A DNA stretch of 64,000 nt from contig CABXOW010000001.1 of assembly GCA_902513955.1 (NCBI GenBank), positions 44,278-108,277 of the forward strand. Reading direction: 5' to 3'. Positions 19,907 through 29,277 of the stretch are shown piece by piece; within the stretch, counting starts at the first letter, position 1; every line of letters starts with the position of its first letter. The DNA is from an uncultured Pelagibacteraceae bacterium. GTDB lineage: Bacteria; Pseudomonadota; Alphaproteobacteria; Pelagibacterales; Pelagibacteraceae. A program made the position numbers and the translations under genes. The notes beneath the pieces were generated by a model that was given only the letters and a program-made list of their open reading frames with translations, did not search any database and was not told where the DNA came from.

Positions 19907-21381
19907 AATATCTTTTTTCTTTTTTTTGATCTTAATAATGGAAAAGCTAAAGCAATTAAAGATAAAATAAAAAATGTTAGTGCTATAGGTCTAGCTAAAA
20001 ACATTAACCAATTACCATCAAATATCACCAAAGACTGTCTGAGAGTTCCCTCAACCAATTCTCCTAAGATTAACCCAATTATCACTGGAACTACTGAAAA
20101 ACCATATCTTCGCATAAAAAAACCAATCACCCCAAATAAAAGCATTATCCAAACATCAATAATAGATTGACTTAGTGAATAGGTTCCACAAACAGAAACT
20201 GCAAATATCATTGGCCACAAAATTTTATTTGGTACTAAAGTTATACGGGCAAAAATTTTAGCACCAAAAAAACCAAATATAAAAAAGAGGACATTGGCAA
20301 TTAACATTGCGCCAAAAATTCCATATAAAAATTCTGGTTGCTCTCTAAATAAATCGGGCCCAGGTCTTACTCCATGAATAATTAGGCCTGTTAATATTAC
20401 AGCTGTAGTAGCACTTCCTGGAATTCCTAAAGCAAGAGTTGGAACCATTGCACCACCCGTTGCAGCATTATTAGCAGCTTCAGCTCCTGCTATTCCTTCA
20501 ATTGAACCTTTACCAAAATCCTCTGGCTTCTTTGAAAATCTTTTTGCTTCAGAATAACCTATTAATGATGCTACAGTTCCTCCTTCTGCAGGCAATACTC
20601 CTATAAAAGATCCAATACCAGATGATCTCAATATTGTTTTCCATGTTAATTTATAATCATTTAAAGAAGGTAATTTTACTGCTTTTAAAGCAACTCTTTT
20701 AAAAACTTGGTTTAGTAATGTTGATTGAGTTAACATTTCACTTATAGCAAATAAACCTACTACAACAGGAATAAAACCTATACCTTCTGATAATTCATTA
20801 ATCCCATAGGTAAATCTATCTATAGAAGTCATGAAATCTTTTCCAATTGTTGAAATTAATATTCCAAAAGCTCCCGCTATTAAATTTTTAATCGGGCTAC
20901 CGTCACCAATAGAGGCAAGCATAGTTAAACCAAAAATAGCTAGCGCAAAATATTCAGGTTGTCCAAACTCATAAGCAAGTTTTGCAAGTAAAGGTGCAAA
21001 AAAAACTAATATAATTACACTAAAAATTCCACCTACCGTACTAGAAACAGTAGCCATCCCCAACGCTCTTCCTGCCTCTCCTTTTTGTGCCAATGGATAA
21101 CCATCTAAACATGTTGCTGCTGCAGCTGGTGTTCCTGGTGTATTAATTAAGATTGCTGTGATTGCTCCACCATAAGTACCCGCACAATAAATAGAGGTCA
21201 ATAATACAATTGCTGAAAGAGGATCAAGTGTCATGGTAAAAGGTAAAATTAATGCACCACCTGTTGTCGGCCCTAGACCTGGTAAAACTCCTAAAATTAA
21301 TCCAAATAAAGTTCCAAAAAATAAAACTAACATTAGTTTTGAACTAAATAGAGGTGCCAACATTAATAATAAATTATCCAT
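19903..21381 (-). CDS. tctA: Tripartite tricarboxylate transporter large subunit
   Basis: PGLG, YGGAITAILINTPG, EAANNA, LGIPGS motifs. Confidence 0.93.
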   Translation of the reverse strand: MDNLLLMLAPLFSSKLMLVLFFGTLFGLILGVLPGLGPTTGGALILPFTMTLDPLSAIVLLTSIYCAGTYGGAITAILINTPGTPAAAATCLDGYPLAQKGEAGRALGMATVSSTVGGIFSVIILVFFAPLLAKLAYEFGQPEYFALAIFGLTMLASIGDGSPIKNLIAGAFGILISTIGKDFMTSIDRFTYGINELSEGIGFIPVVVGLFAISEMLTQSTLLNQVFKRVALKAVKLPSLNDYKLTWKTILRSSGIGSFIGVLPAEGGTVASLIGYSEAKRFSKKPEDFGKGSIEGIAGAEAANNAATGGAMVPTLALGIPGSATTAVILTGLIIHGVRPGPDLFREQPEFLYGIFGAMLIANVLFFIFGFFGAKIFARITLVPNKILWPMIFAVSVCGTYSLSQSIIDVWIMLLFGVIGFFMRRYGFSVVPVIIGLILGELVEGTLRQSLVIFDGNWLMFLARPIALTFFILSLIALAFPLLRSKKRKKIL

Positions 21382-21888
21382 CTAATTATAATAAATGTTA
21401 GTTATTATTCCTGGTGGAAATCTTAAACCTAAAATTGTTTCAAAAAAAATAAATACTATAATAGGAAAGATTACACTAACTAGTATCAAATAAAGTATCC
21501 GTCTTTCGCCCCAATAGTATGAAACAAAGACAGATAATAAAGAAATTGCCAAAAAGAAGTCTAAAGTTTTTGAAACAATGACAAAAATTAAAAAACTCAA
21601 TAATGTTAAAAAAAAAGTCTTTGGTAATTTTTTTTCAACTTTCCAAGGTTTTTTTATTGATAAATAATATATGATTAAAGTTAAGCCTATTATTAAAATT
21701 AATAATCCTTTTGGAAAAGTTGCAGGCTGTATACCTCTATTTAAAATTGGAGGAACAATATCGAAAGTAAAAGTGGTAATTAATAAAATAGTTGAGATAA
21801 ATATAATTATAAATGAAACTTTAAATTCATCTTTAAAAAAAAAGGGCAAACTTTTGTTCGCCCTTTTTTTATTTTGTACATTATTCAT
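21382..21888 (-). CDS. tctB: Tripartite tricarboxylate transporter small subunit
   Basis: 4-5 TM segments, P..FP and LGLRFPPG; located between tctC and tctA. Confidence 0.82.
   Translation of the reverse strand: MNNVQNKKRANKSLPFFFKDEFKVSFIIIFISTILLITTFTFDIVPPILNRGIQPATFPKGLLILIIGLTLIIYYLSIKKPWKVEKKLPKTFFLTLLSFLIFVIVSKTLDFFLAISLLSVFVSYYWGERRILYLILVSVIFPIIVFIFFETILGLRFPPGIITNIYYN
21835..21870 (-). terminator. Terminator-like hairpin after tctC, lying inside the 5' end of tctB
   Basis: Minus strand reads GGGCGAAC-AAAA-GUUUGCCC followed by 9 U. Confidence 0.7.
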
Positions 21889-21910
21889 TTAAAAAATGTA
21901 CAACAAATAG

Positions 21911-22882
21911 TTAATTTGTATAACCCAAAGCTTTAAGTTGAGCAGTCATTTCATCAAGCATTACTTCCATTTGCGCTCCCCACTCATCAGCACCTACTAC
22001 ACTTGTTTCATCAAGACCAATTTCTGTTAAGAAATTTTTGTAATAGTTATGGCTCATTGCTTTCATCATTCCAGCTTCTAACTCTTTAACTCTTTCAGCT
22101 GGAGCTCCTTTTTTAGTTACAAATCCTCTAACTGTAGACAAAACAACAGGTATTCCTAACTCTGTAGCTGTTGGACTATCTCCTATTTTTGCCATTCTAT
22201 TGTTCGCAAGAACTATTGAAACACAAAGTGTTCCTTCATTAATTTCAGTTAATGCTTCTCCCAAGTTTAAAACACCTACATCAATATCTCCTTTGATAAG
22301 GTTAGTTTTAATTGGAGCAACACCTTTGTAAGCAACAATAGTTGGATCTTTTAATCCACCTTTTTTAGTAAAAGCAATTGCACTTACATCATCAATTCCA
22401 CCAACATGAGTTGTTCCATATTTAAGTGATTTTGATTTTTGTGCACTAATAAATTTTTTAGCATCTTTGATGTCTGCTTTACAATTTACTACAAATAATT
22501 GAGGATCGTCAGTTCCTCTTGCTAATGGCTGCATGTCGCTTAATTTAACTTTAGTTTTGCCTAATGCCATTGATACAGCATGACCAGTAGTCCATGTTAA
22601 AGTGTGCTGACCGTCAGCAGGTAAGCTCATCATGTAATCCATAGATACAGCTCCACCACCACCTTTTTTGTTAACTAATTGCATGTCTTGTTTAAGAACT
22701 CTTCGAGCTCTTAAAAGCATCATTCTAGTTGTTACATCAGTACCACCACCGAAACCAGCGTGAGTGATTGCTTGTATAGCACCATCTGCTCTTGCAGAAG
22801 TAGTAAGCATTGGTAATGCTATAACAAAAAATTCAGTCACTAAAAACGCAGCAGCTAAGAAAAGTTTAAAACTTTTTTTCAT
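21911..22882 (-). CDS. tctC: Tripartite tricarboxylate transporter binding protein (Bug/TctC)
   Basis: Signal peptide; GGGTD, NKKGGGG, ADG, YKG motifs. Confidence 0.88.
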   Translation of the reverse strand: MKKSFKLFLAAAFLVTEFFVIALPMLTTSARADGAIQAITHAGFGGGTDVTTRMMLLRARRVLKQDMQLVNKKGGGGAVSMDYMMSLPADGQHTLTWTTGHAVSMALGKTKVKLSDMQPLARGTDDPQLFVVNCKADIKDAKKFISAQKSKSLKYGTTHVGGIDDVSAIAFTKKGGLKDPTIVAYKGVAPIKTNLIKGDIDVGVLNLGEALTEINEGTLCVSIVLANNRMAKIGDSPTATELGIPVVLSTVRGFVTKKGAPAERVKELEAGMMKAMSHNYYKNFLTEIGLDETSVVGADEWGAQMEVMLDEMTAQLKALGYTN

Positions 22883-22950
22883 TATTTCCCTCTTTTGTTA
22901 GTTTATATTTAATTATTTAAACATAATCTGGTACAAAGTTTAAGGAAAAA

Positions 22951-23946
22951 ATGAGCGTAAATAAAATTAACATAGCAATATTATTAGGAGATCCGTCAGG
23001 AATTGGACCCGAATTGGTTTCTAAACTTTTATCAGAACAAATTACTAATAAAGCAAATATTGTTGTTATTGGTGAAAAAAATATTTTAGAAAATGGGAAT
23101 AAAATTTCTGGTAATTCACATAATTTAAAATTTGTAGATAATTTTGATAAAATTAATTTTCAAGATGGAAACAAATATTTTTTAGATATTTCTAAAGGAA
23201 AAAATCATCATTATAAAATTGCAGAACCTTCAAAAGAGTCTGGCGAAAGTATTTTGGAGGCTCTTGATCTTGCTTTAGAATTAGCTAAAAAAAATAAAAT
23301 TGATGCGATCAATTTTGCTCCATTTAACAAAACTAGTTTAAAACTAGGAGGAAATAGATATTCTGATGAGTTGCAACTAATGGCTGATAAACTAGAAGTG
23401 AAAAGTTTTTGTTGCGAATTTAATGTTATAGACAATTTTTGGACTGCCAGAGTTACATCTCATATTCCTATAAAAGAAGTTGCAAGCAAAATTACAAAAG
23501 AAAATATTTTAAAACCAATTAAGTTAATTGATGAAGTAATGAAATTAAATGGAGTAAAAAATCCTAGAATTGCTGTTCAAGCACTTAATCCTCATGCTGA
23601 GTTTGGAACTGAGGAAAAGGATGAAATTATTCCTGCGATAGAAGAGGCAAAAAAACTTGGTCTAAATACAGATGGACCATTGCCTTGCGACACATCTTTT
23701 ATCGTAGCTTATAAAAATAAAAAACATGATTGTATGGTCGGTATGTATCACGATGCTTTACAATCTGGTCTTAAAGCATTTGGTTTTGATAGAGGTGTAA
23801 CAGTTCAAGGCGGTTTAACAGTGCCTATTACAACCACAGCTCATGGAACTGCTTTTGAAATAGCTGGGAAAAATATAGCAAATTTAGAACCTTTATTAAA
23901 TTCATTTAAAATTGCTTTATCAATGGCTGAGAATAAAAAAAATTAA
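22951..23946 (+). CDS. PdxA-family (decarboxylating) dehydrogenase, divergent
   Basis: GDPSGIGPE, TSHIP, LNPHA, MYHD, HGTAFEIAG motifs. Confidence 0.85.
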   Translation: MSVNKINIAILLGDPSGIGPELVSKLLSEQITNKANIVVIGEKNILENGNKISGNSHNLKFVDNFDKINFQDGNKYFLDISKGKNHHYKIAEPSKESGESILEALDLALELAKKNKIDAINFAPFNKTSLKLGGNRYSDELQLMADKLEVKSFCCEFNVIDNFWTARVTSHIPIKEVASKITKENILKPIKLIDEVMKLNGVKNPRIAVQALNPHAEFGTEEKDEIIPAIEEAKKLGLNTDGPLPCDTSFIVAYKNKKHDCMVGMYHDALQSGLKAFGFDRGVTVQGGLTVPITTTAHGTAFEIAGKNIANLEPLLNSFKIALSMAENKKN

Positions 23947-23956
23947 AATTTAGTTA

Positions 23957-24871
23957 TTAATATTTATCAACCTCATTTAAAATTGGCATTGAGCTTGCTG
24001 CTCCTCGTCTAGTAGTAGATATACCTGCAACTTTATTAGCAAAAGTTAAGGCGTCTCTATTATCTTGATTTTTAGATAGCGCATACGCAAATGCACCATT
24101 AAAAGCATCTCCAGCTCCAGTGGTATCCAAAACCTTATTTTTTAATTTAAAAGCTTCAATAAAATAACTCTCATCTAAATTAGCAAAGTAAACTCCCTTG
24201 GATCCTAAAGTTATAATTATATTTTTCACTCCTTTTTCTAAAAAACTTTTTGCAGCTCTTTCTATTTCAACTTTGCTCTCTACTTTTTCATTTAAATAAT
24301 AACTTGCTTCTGTTTCATTGGGTGTAAAATAATCAATAAATTTAAAGTCATCTTCTCTGATATCTGAAGCAGGTGCAGGATTGAATATTGTAATTGAACC
24401 AGTTTCTTTTGCTTTGTTTAAAGCATAACTAGTAACTTCATAAGGTGTCTCTAATTGTGTTAAAAAAATTTCAGACTTTTTAATAAATTCTAAATTTTGA
24501 TCTATATCTTGTTTAATTAAAGTAGCGGCAGCTCCTGGCACAACGTTTATTGCATTCTCGCCAGTTTTTTCGTTAATCATTATTCCAGCAACACCTGTTA
24601 AATGATTATCATCTTGTATTATTGACTCAGTATTAATTCCTACTTCTTTATATAATGATAATGCCATAACAGCATTTTGATCTTTTCCTATCTTGGTTAT
24701 AAAATTTACTTTACCTCCAAGCCTAGCAGCGGCAATTGCTTGATTTGACCCTTTTCCCCCTGGACCAACTATATGTTTATTTCCTAAAATTGTTTGTCCC
24801 TTTTCTGGAATTGAATTACCTATAAAACATAGATCAGTAACAAATACACCAAAAACACAAATAGATTTCAT
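23957..24871 (-). CDS. rbsK: Ribokinase-like PfkB kinase
   Basis: GGKGSNQAIAAARLG, NPAPA, PNETE, DTTGAGDAFNG motifs. Confidence 0.85.
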   Translation of the reverse strand: MKSICVFGVFVTDLCFIGNSIPEKGQTILGNKHIVGPGGKGSNQAIAAARLGGKVNFITKIGKDQNAVMALSLYKEVGINTESIIQDDNHLTGVAGIMINEKTGENAINVVPGAAATLIKQDIDQNLEFIKKSEIFLTQLETPYEVTSYALNKAKETGSITIFNPAPASDIREDDFKFIDYFTPNETEASYYLNEKVESKVEIERAAKSFLEKGVKNIIITLGSKGVYFANLDESYFIEAFKLKNKVLDTTGAGDAFNGAFAYALSKNQDNRDALTFANKVAGISTTRRGAASSMPILNEVDKY

Positions 24872-24874
24872 TTT

Positions 24875-25336
24875 TCAAGACCAGACCTTGCCATCCGGCA
24901 AAATCACACCTTTTGTAAGAACAAAACAACCAAAAGGTCTCGCATCTGTAGTTGTTACAATGCAGTAAGCATTTTTTGCTTCAGTATAAAAATTTTGTCT
25001 TGAAATTGAACCAACTTTCCAATTCTCTCCAGATATTTTTTTAACTACATCAATAAATTCTTTATGTGTTTCTGTTAGTTCGTCAGGCTTGTTATCTACT
25101 TCCATTCTAAGAACAGGAGAGTCACCTTGTGATACAATAAAACTGTCTAATGGAAATACTGATAATATTGCTGAAGCTGCATCTTTAATATTAACACCAT
25201 CTAATCTTATAACTTTATCATTTATTGAATTGGCAGGAAAATTTGCATCTGCTAAAATTAATTTCTCCCCATGTCCCATTGATCTCAAATGAAACAATAA
25301 ATCAGGACTTAATATTGGGTTAATATTTATTAACAT
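24875..25336 (-). CDS. RbsD/FucU-family mutarotase/pyranase
   Basis: MGHG..LILADANFP, FY..AK, C-terminal KGV. Confidence 0.88.
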   Translation of the reverse strand: MLININPILSPDLLFHLRSMGHGEKLILADANFPANSINDKVIRLDGVNIKDAASAILSVFPLDSFIVSQGDSPVLRMEVDNKPDELTETHKEFIDVVKKISGENWKVGSISRQNFYTEAKNAYCIVTTTDARPFGCFVLTKGVILPDGKVWS

Positions 25337-25354
25337 TTAAAGACTATAATACAT

Positions 25355-25389
25355 AAAAAAAAAGGGTGGAATAAAAATTCCACCCTTTT
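25355..25389 (-). terminator. Intrinsic terminator-like hairpin after the CUT2 SBP gene
   Basis: AAAAGGGTGGAAT-AAAA-ATTCCACCCTTTT with a U-tract on the minus strand. Confidence 0.85.
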
Positions 25390-25410
25390 AATTTTAATTT
25401 TTTCTAAAGA

Positions 25411-26334
25411 TTATTTAAAATCGTTAGCGTTTTCTTTAGTTACTAATTGAGTACCAGTATCAATATTTATATCAATACTTCCACCATTAGCTAACTCAAG
25501 TGCATATTTAACACCGTAAGCACCCATGTTGTAAGAAAACTGAGCAATTGTTGCTGTCATCTCTCCCGCTAAAATACTCTTAGCTGCATCTGGAGTAGCA
25601 TCAAATCCAACTACTACTACATCATTCATATCAGCATCTTTTAGTGCTTGCATAGCACCTAATCCCATGTTGTCATTTGATGCAAATATAGCCTTAATAT
25701 TTGGATTTTTAAGAATGATTGATTCAGTTACCGATCTTCCTTTTGCTGTATCCCATTCTGCAGTTTGTGTAGCTACTAGATTTAGACCACAATCTTTAAG
25801 TCCTTGAACTGCTCCGTCTCTTCTAAGTAGAGCTGTAGACTGAGACTCAATTCCAGTTAAAACCGCAACATCAGCACCTTTTGGAGTTTTATCACAAATA
25901 AACTTAGCAGCTAATGCAGCGCCATTTTTGTTATTTGTTCCAATAAAAGTTACACCTTCATTAATTCCTTTAGTATCGACAAATACTACTGGTACTCCAC
26001 TTTTGATAGCGTCATCAACGATTGGAGCAAAAGCATTTGGATCACCAGGTGCAAGTGCTATTGCATCAACACCTTTTGCAAGTTGATCTTCTACTTGGTT
26101 AATCTGAGCTTGAACATCACCTTCTTGAGGTGGTGCTACTAAAATTAAATCTACACCTAATTTTGCAGCTTCTTCTTTAGCTCCTTTTTCTACAGATGCC
26201 CAAAATGGGTTTCCTGATCCAGGACCTTTAATACTGAATAATATTTTTTTTCCAGCATTAGCTCCTGTTGAAATACTTGCTAAAAGAAAGACAGACGTAA
26301 TAAATACACTAATTATTTTTGTTAAGTTTTTCAT
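25411..26334 (-). CDS. CUT2 sugar ABC binding protein (ribose/inositol-type)
   Basis: Signal peptide; NPFW, VVFVD, ASNDNMGLGA, VGFD motifs. Confidence 0.88.
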   Translation of the reverse strand: MKNLTKIISVFITSVFLLASISTGANAGKKILFSIKGPGSGNPFWASVEKGAKEEAAKLGVDLILVAPPQEGDVQAQINQVEDQLAKGVDAIALAPGDPNAFAPIVDDAIKSGVPVVFVDTKGINEGVTFIGTNNKNGAALAAKFICDKTPKGADVAVLTGIESQSTALLRRDGAVQGLKDCGLNLVATQTAEWDTAKGRSVTESIILKNPNIKAIFASNDNMGLGAMQALKDADMNDVVVVGFDATPDAAKSILAGEMTATIAQFSYNMGAYGVKYALELANGGSIDINIDTGTQLVTKENANDFK

Positions 26335-26448
26335 TTATTTTTCCCTCTTAGTTATTTGAATAAATTAAATTAAATAAAACTTTTAATAAAATTTCAACTA
26401 ATTATAGAAATACTTTCAAAAAATATTAAAACAACTTTAACGTGTAAT

Positions 26449-27462
26449 TTACTTTCTTGTTCCTAAATCTCTTCTTAAAACATCTATATACACAGCTAAG
26501 ACAATAATAGAACCTATTAAAACTTGTTGCCAAAAAGAACTAACATCCATTAAATTGAGTCCATTTCTTAATATTCCCATAATCATTACACCGGCAAATA
26601 CTCCAAGCACCGTTCCTCTTCCTCCAAAAAAACTAGCTCCTCCGATAATACATGCTGCTATAGCATCTAGCTCTGACTGAAGTCCAGCGTTTGGATATCC
26701 TGAATCTGTTCTTCCAGCTAAAATCAACGCACCTATTCCAGATAAAAATCCACAAAGAGAATAAACGATTACTAAAATTTTATTAACATTTATACCAGAA
26801 GCTCTAGCTGCATTAGGATTTCCTCCAATAGCGTATATCCATTTACCTGTTCTGGTATGATTCATGAAAGCCCAAAAAATAAAATAGACAATAGCAATTA
26901 AAACTAAACTTACAGGGAGATATTGGGACTTCTCTAATCCCAGCCAAGTAAGATCTATTCTGCCATGTCCCAAATATCTCACTTCATCTGTAAAACCACT
27001 AATTGGAGTTCCTCCTGATACAAGATTTCCAGTACCTCTAAAAATATATAATGTCCCTAATGTCATTATGAATGGATGTGGCATTCTTAACAATGTAATA
27101 CCTAGACCATTAATCAATCCGCATAAAAATCCAACTATTAAAGGTGTTAAAACTACTATAAACCAGGGGGCTCCTGCTTTAGAGACAATTGCTAAAACCA
27201 TTAAAGATAACATCATAATAGATCCAACTGAAAGATCTATTCCAGCAGTCACAATGACCATAAAAACCCCTAAAGCCAACATTGATTGCCATGATATTTG
27301 TTTAAAAACGTTTGTAACATTTCGCCAAGATAGGAAAACATCTGGCTGTAAGATTTGCATTACTACTATCATTAATAATAGTAAAATTAAAATTCCATAC
27401 TTATCAAAATAAGGAATTAATTTTAAATGTAAGCTCTCTTTTTTTTTATCTTTATCTTCCAT
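26449..27462 (-). CDS. CUT2 sugar ABC permease (RbsC-like)
   Basis: GIDLSVG, GGNPNAARASGI, ELDAIAACIIGG motifs. Confidence 0.92.
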   Translation of the reverse strand: MEDKDKKKESLHLKLIPYFDKYGILILLLLMIVVMQILQPDVFLSWRNVTNVFKQISWQSMLALGVFMVIVTAGIDLSVGSIMMLSLMVLAIVSKAGAPWFIVVLTPLIVGFLCGLINGLGITLLRMPHPFIMTLGTLYIFRGTGNLVSGGTPISGFTDEVRYLGHGRIDLTWLGLEKSQYLPVSLVLIAIVYFIFWAFMNHTRTGKWIYAIGGNPNAARASGINVNKILVIVYSLCGFLSGIGALILAGRTDSGYPNAGLQSELDAIAACIIGGASFFGGRGTVLGVFAGVMIMGILRNGLNLMDVSSFWQQVLIGSIIVLAVYIDVLRRDLGTRK

Positions 27463-27464
27463 GA

Positions 27465-28214
27465 TTATTTTTTACCCATAATCCATCCAATAACTTCATC
27501 TCTTGAAGTGCTTGAAAGTTCAGATTCTGCAAAATTTGTACCTTGAAATAAAGCCATCACTCGATCACATACTGCAAATATATCATCCATCCTATGACTA
27601 ATTACAATTACACCTACTCCAGTTTTTTTTAAACTATTAATAAGATCAAGAACCTTTCCAACTTCTTTAATTGCTAATGCTGCTGTAGGCTCATCCATAA
27701 TTACTACCTTTGCATTAAATGCTGTTGATCTTGCAATTGCAACTGCTTGTCTTTGACCTCCAGATAGTTCTTCAACTTTTTGATCAGCACTTTTTACATT
27801 AATTTTTAGTTTTTCTAAATGAGCATCTGTTAATTCTTTAATCTTTTTAAAATCTAAAAATTTTATTAATCCTAAGTTTTTTGTTGGTTCTCTTCCTAGA
27901 AATATATTTTCTCCTATTGGAAGATTTCCAGCAAGTGCAAGATCTTGATAAACCATTTCTAAACCTAAATTTTGAGAATCTCTTGGGCTTTCTAAAACTT
28001 TTTCATTTCCTTCAAAAAATAAAGAACCAGCACTTGGTTTATAAAGCCCTGATAAAACTTTCATTAAAGTAGTTTTACCAGCACCATTATCTCCTACAAC
28101 TCCCAAACACTCTCCACCATGTATTTTTAAATTGACATTTTCTAAAGCAGTGATGGTACCAAAATATTTTGTTACTCCTTTTGCTTCTAGGAGTAGATTT
28201 TTTGTTATGGACAT
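27465..28214 (-). CDS. CUT2 sugar ABC ATPase (single domain)
   Basis: GDNGAGKTT, LSGGQRQ, MDEPTAAL. Start placed at MSITK. Confidence 0.9.
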   Translation of the reverse strand: MSITKNLLLEAKGVTKYFGTITALENVNLKIHGGECLGVVGDNGAGKTTLMKVLSGLYKPSAGSLFFEGNEKVLESPRDSQNLGLEMVYQDLALAGNLPIGENIFLGREPTKNLGLIKFLDFKKIKELTDAHLEKLKINVKSADQKVEELSGGQRQAVAIARSTAFNAKVVIMDEPTAALAIKEVGKVLDLINSLKKTGVGVIVISHRMDDIFAVCDRVMALFQGTNFAESELSSTSRDEVIGWIMGKK

Positions 28215-28236
28215 AAATAATGAAAATATAAAAAAA

Positions 28237-29259
28237 TTAATTAATTGCAACAGGTTTTGATGCCAACAAACCTACCGTTTTATGTTCAGCTCTTTTGCAG
28301 AATTTTGGTTGTAAATTTTTAGAAATTAAATTCATATCTTTTAAGACGATATTTCCCATATTAAAGAAGGCTGATTCTAAGGCTCCTGCTCTGTGTGCTG
28401 AAAATAGAATATTTTTAACTTTTCTAATTGGATTATTTTTTGTCACAGGTTCCTCTGGAAATACATCTGTTGCAACAAATAAATCACCTTTTTTTACTCG
28501 TTTGATTAAATCCTTAAAATTTACAACAGCAGCTCTGCTCATTATGATAAATAATGAATTGGATTTCATTTTATTTAATAATTTTTTATCTATCAGATTT
28601 TTATTTTTTGTAGTTACTGTAGCCAAAACATAGATAATTTCACAATTTTTAAACATTTGGTTTAAACTCATTGAGTTAAATCCTAACTTTTTAATTTTTT
28701 TTTTAGGTATCCATGGATCATATACATTTATATCTTTAGTAAATGGTAATAACAGTGGATATAAGGATTTAGCTAAATCTCCAAAACCCAATAGTCCTAT
28801 TTTTTTTTCTGATAACAATGAAGCTTTAAGATTACTCTCTAACCCATAACTTTCTTTTCCTTTGATAAAATCTGAATGAGCAATATGGATATTTCGCAAT
28901 AAGGATAAAGTCATTCCTAAAGCAATTTCCGCAACTGGTTTTGAAAATACAGGAGATGTTGCTATTACATGAATGCCTTTTTTGAAACAATAATCATAGT
29001 CTATATTATCCATGAAGTTACTTTCTACATTAATAATAGCTTTTAGTTTTTTTGCTTTAGATAGAAGTTTTTTATCTAAACTTGGCTGACCCATTATAAA
29101 TGTGGCTTTATGTATATTGTTTTCATAAAATTTTTTTGGATTTTTTTTTGAAACAGTTAAAACTTTATACTTAGATTTAAGTTCCTTAAGTTTTTTTTTT
29201 GTAAAAATGAGTTCGAGTGTTCTGGGAAAAGGATCAGATATAACTACTAATTTTGACAT
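28237..29259 (-). CDS. D-2-hydroxyacid dehydrogenase family protein
   Basis: GFGDLA, YDPW, SRAAVV, DVFPEEP, HRAG motifs. Confidence 0.82.
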   Translation of the reverse strand: MSKLVVISDPFPRTLELIFTKKKLKELKSKYKVLTVSKKNPKKFYENNIHKATFIMGQPSLDKKLLSKAKKLKAIINVESNFMDNIDYDYCFKKGIHVIATSPVFSKPVAEIALGMTLSLLRNIHIAHSDFIKGKESYGLESNLKASLLSEKKIGLLGFGDLAKSLYPLLLPFTKDINVYDPWIPKKKIKKLGFNSMSLNQMFKNCEIIYVLATVTTKNKNLIDKKLLNKMKSNSLFIIMSRAAVVNFKDLIKRVKKGDLFVATDVFPEEPVTKNNPIRKVKNILFSAHRAGALESAFFNMGNIVLKDMNLISKNLQPKFCKRAEHKTVGLLASKPVAIN

Positions 29260-29277
29260 AAATTGTTATTCAAAAAA

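Noticed and set aside
23957-24871. PfkB kinase as IolC
   Set aside because: Its motifs (GGKGSNQA, NPAPA, PNETE) are ribokinase-type, it has no DUF2090 extension, and it is paired with RbsD/FucU.
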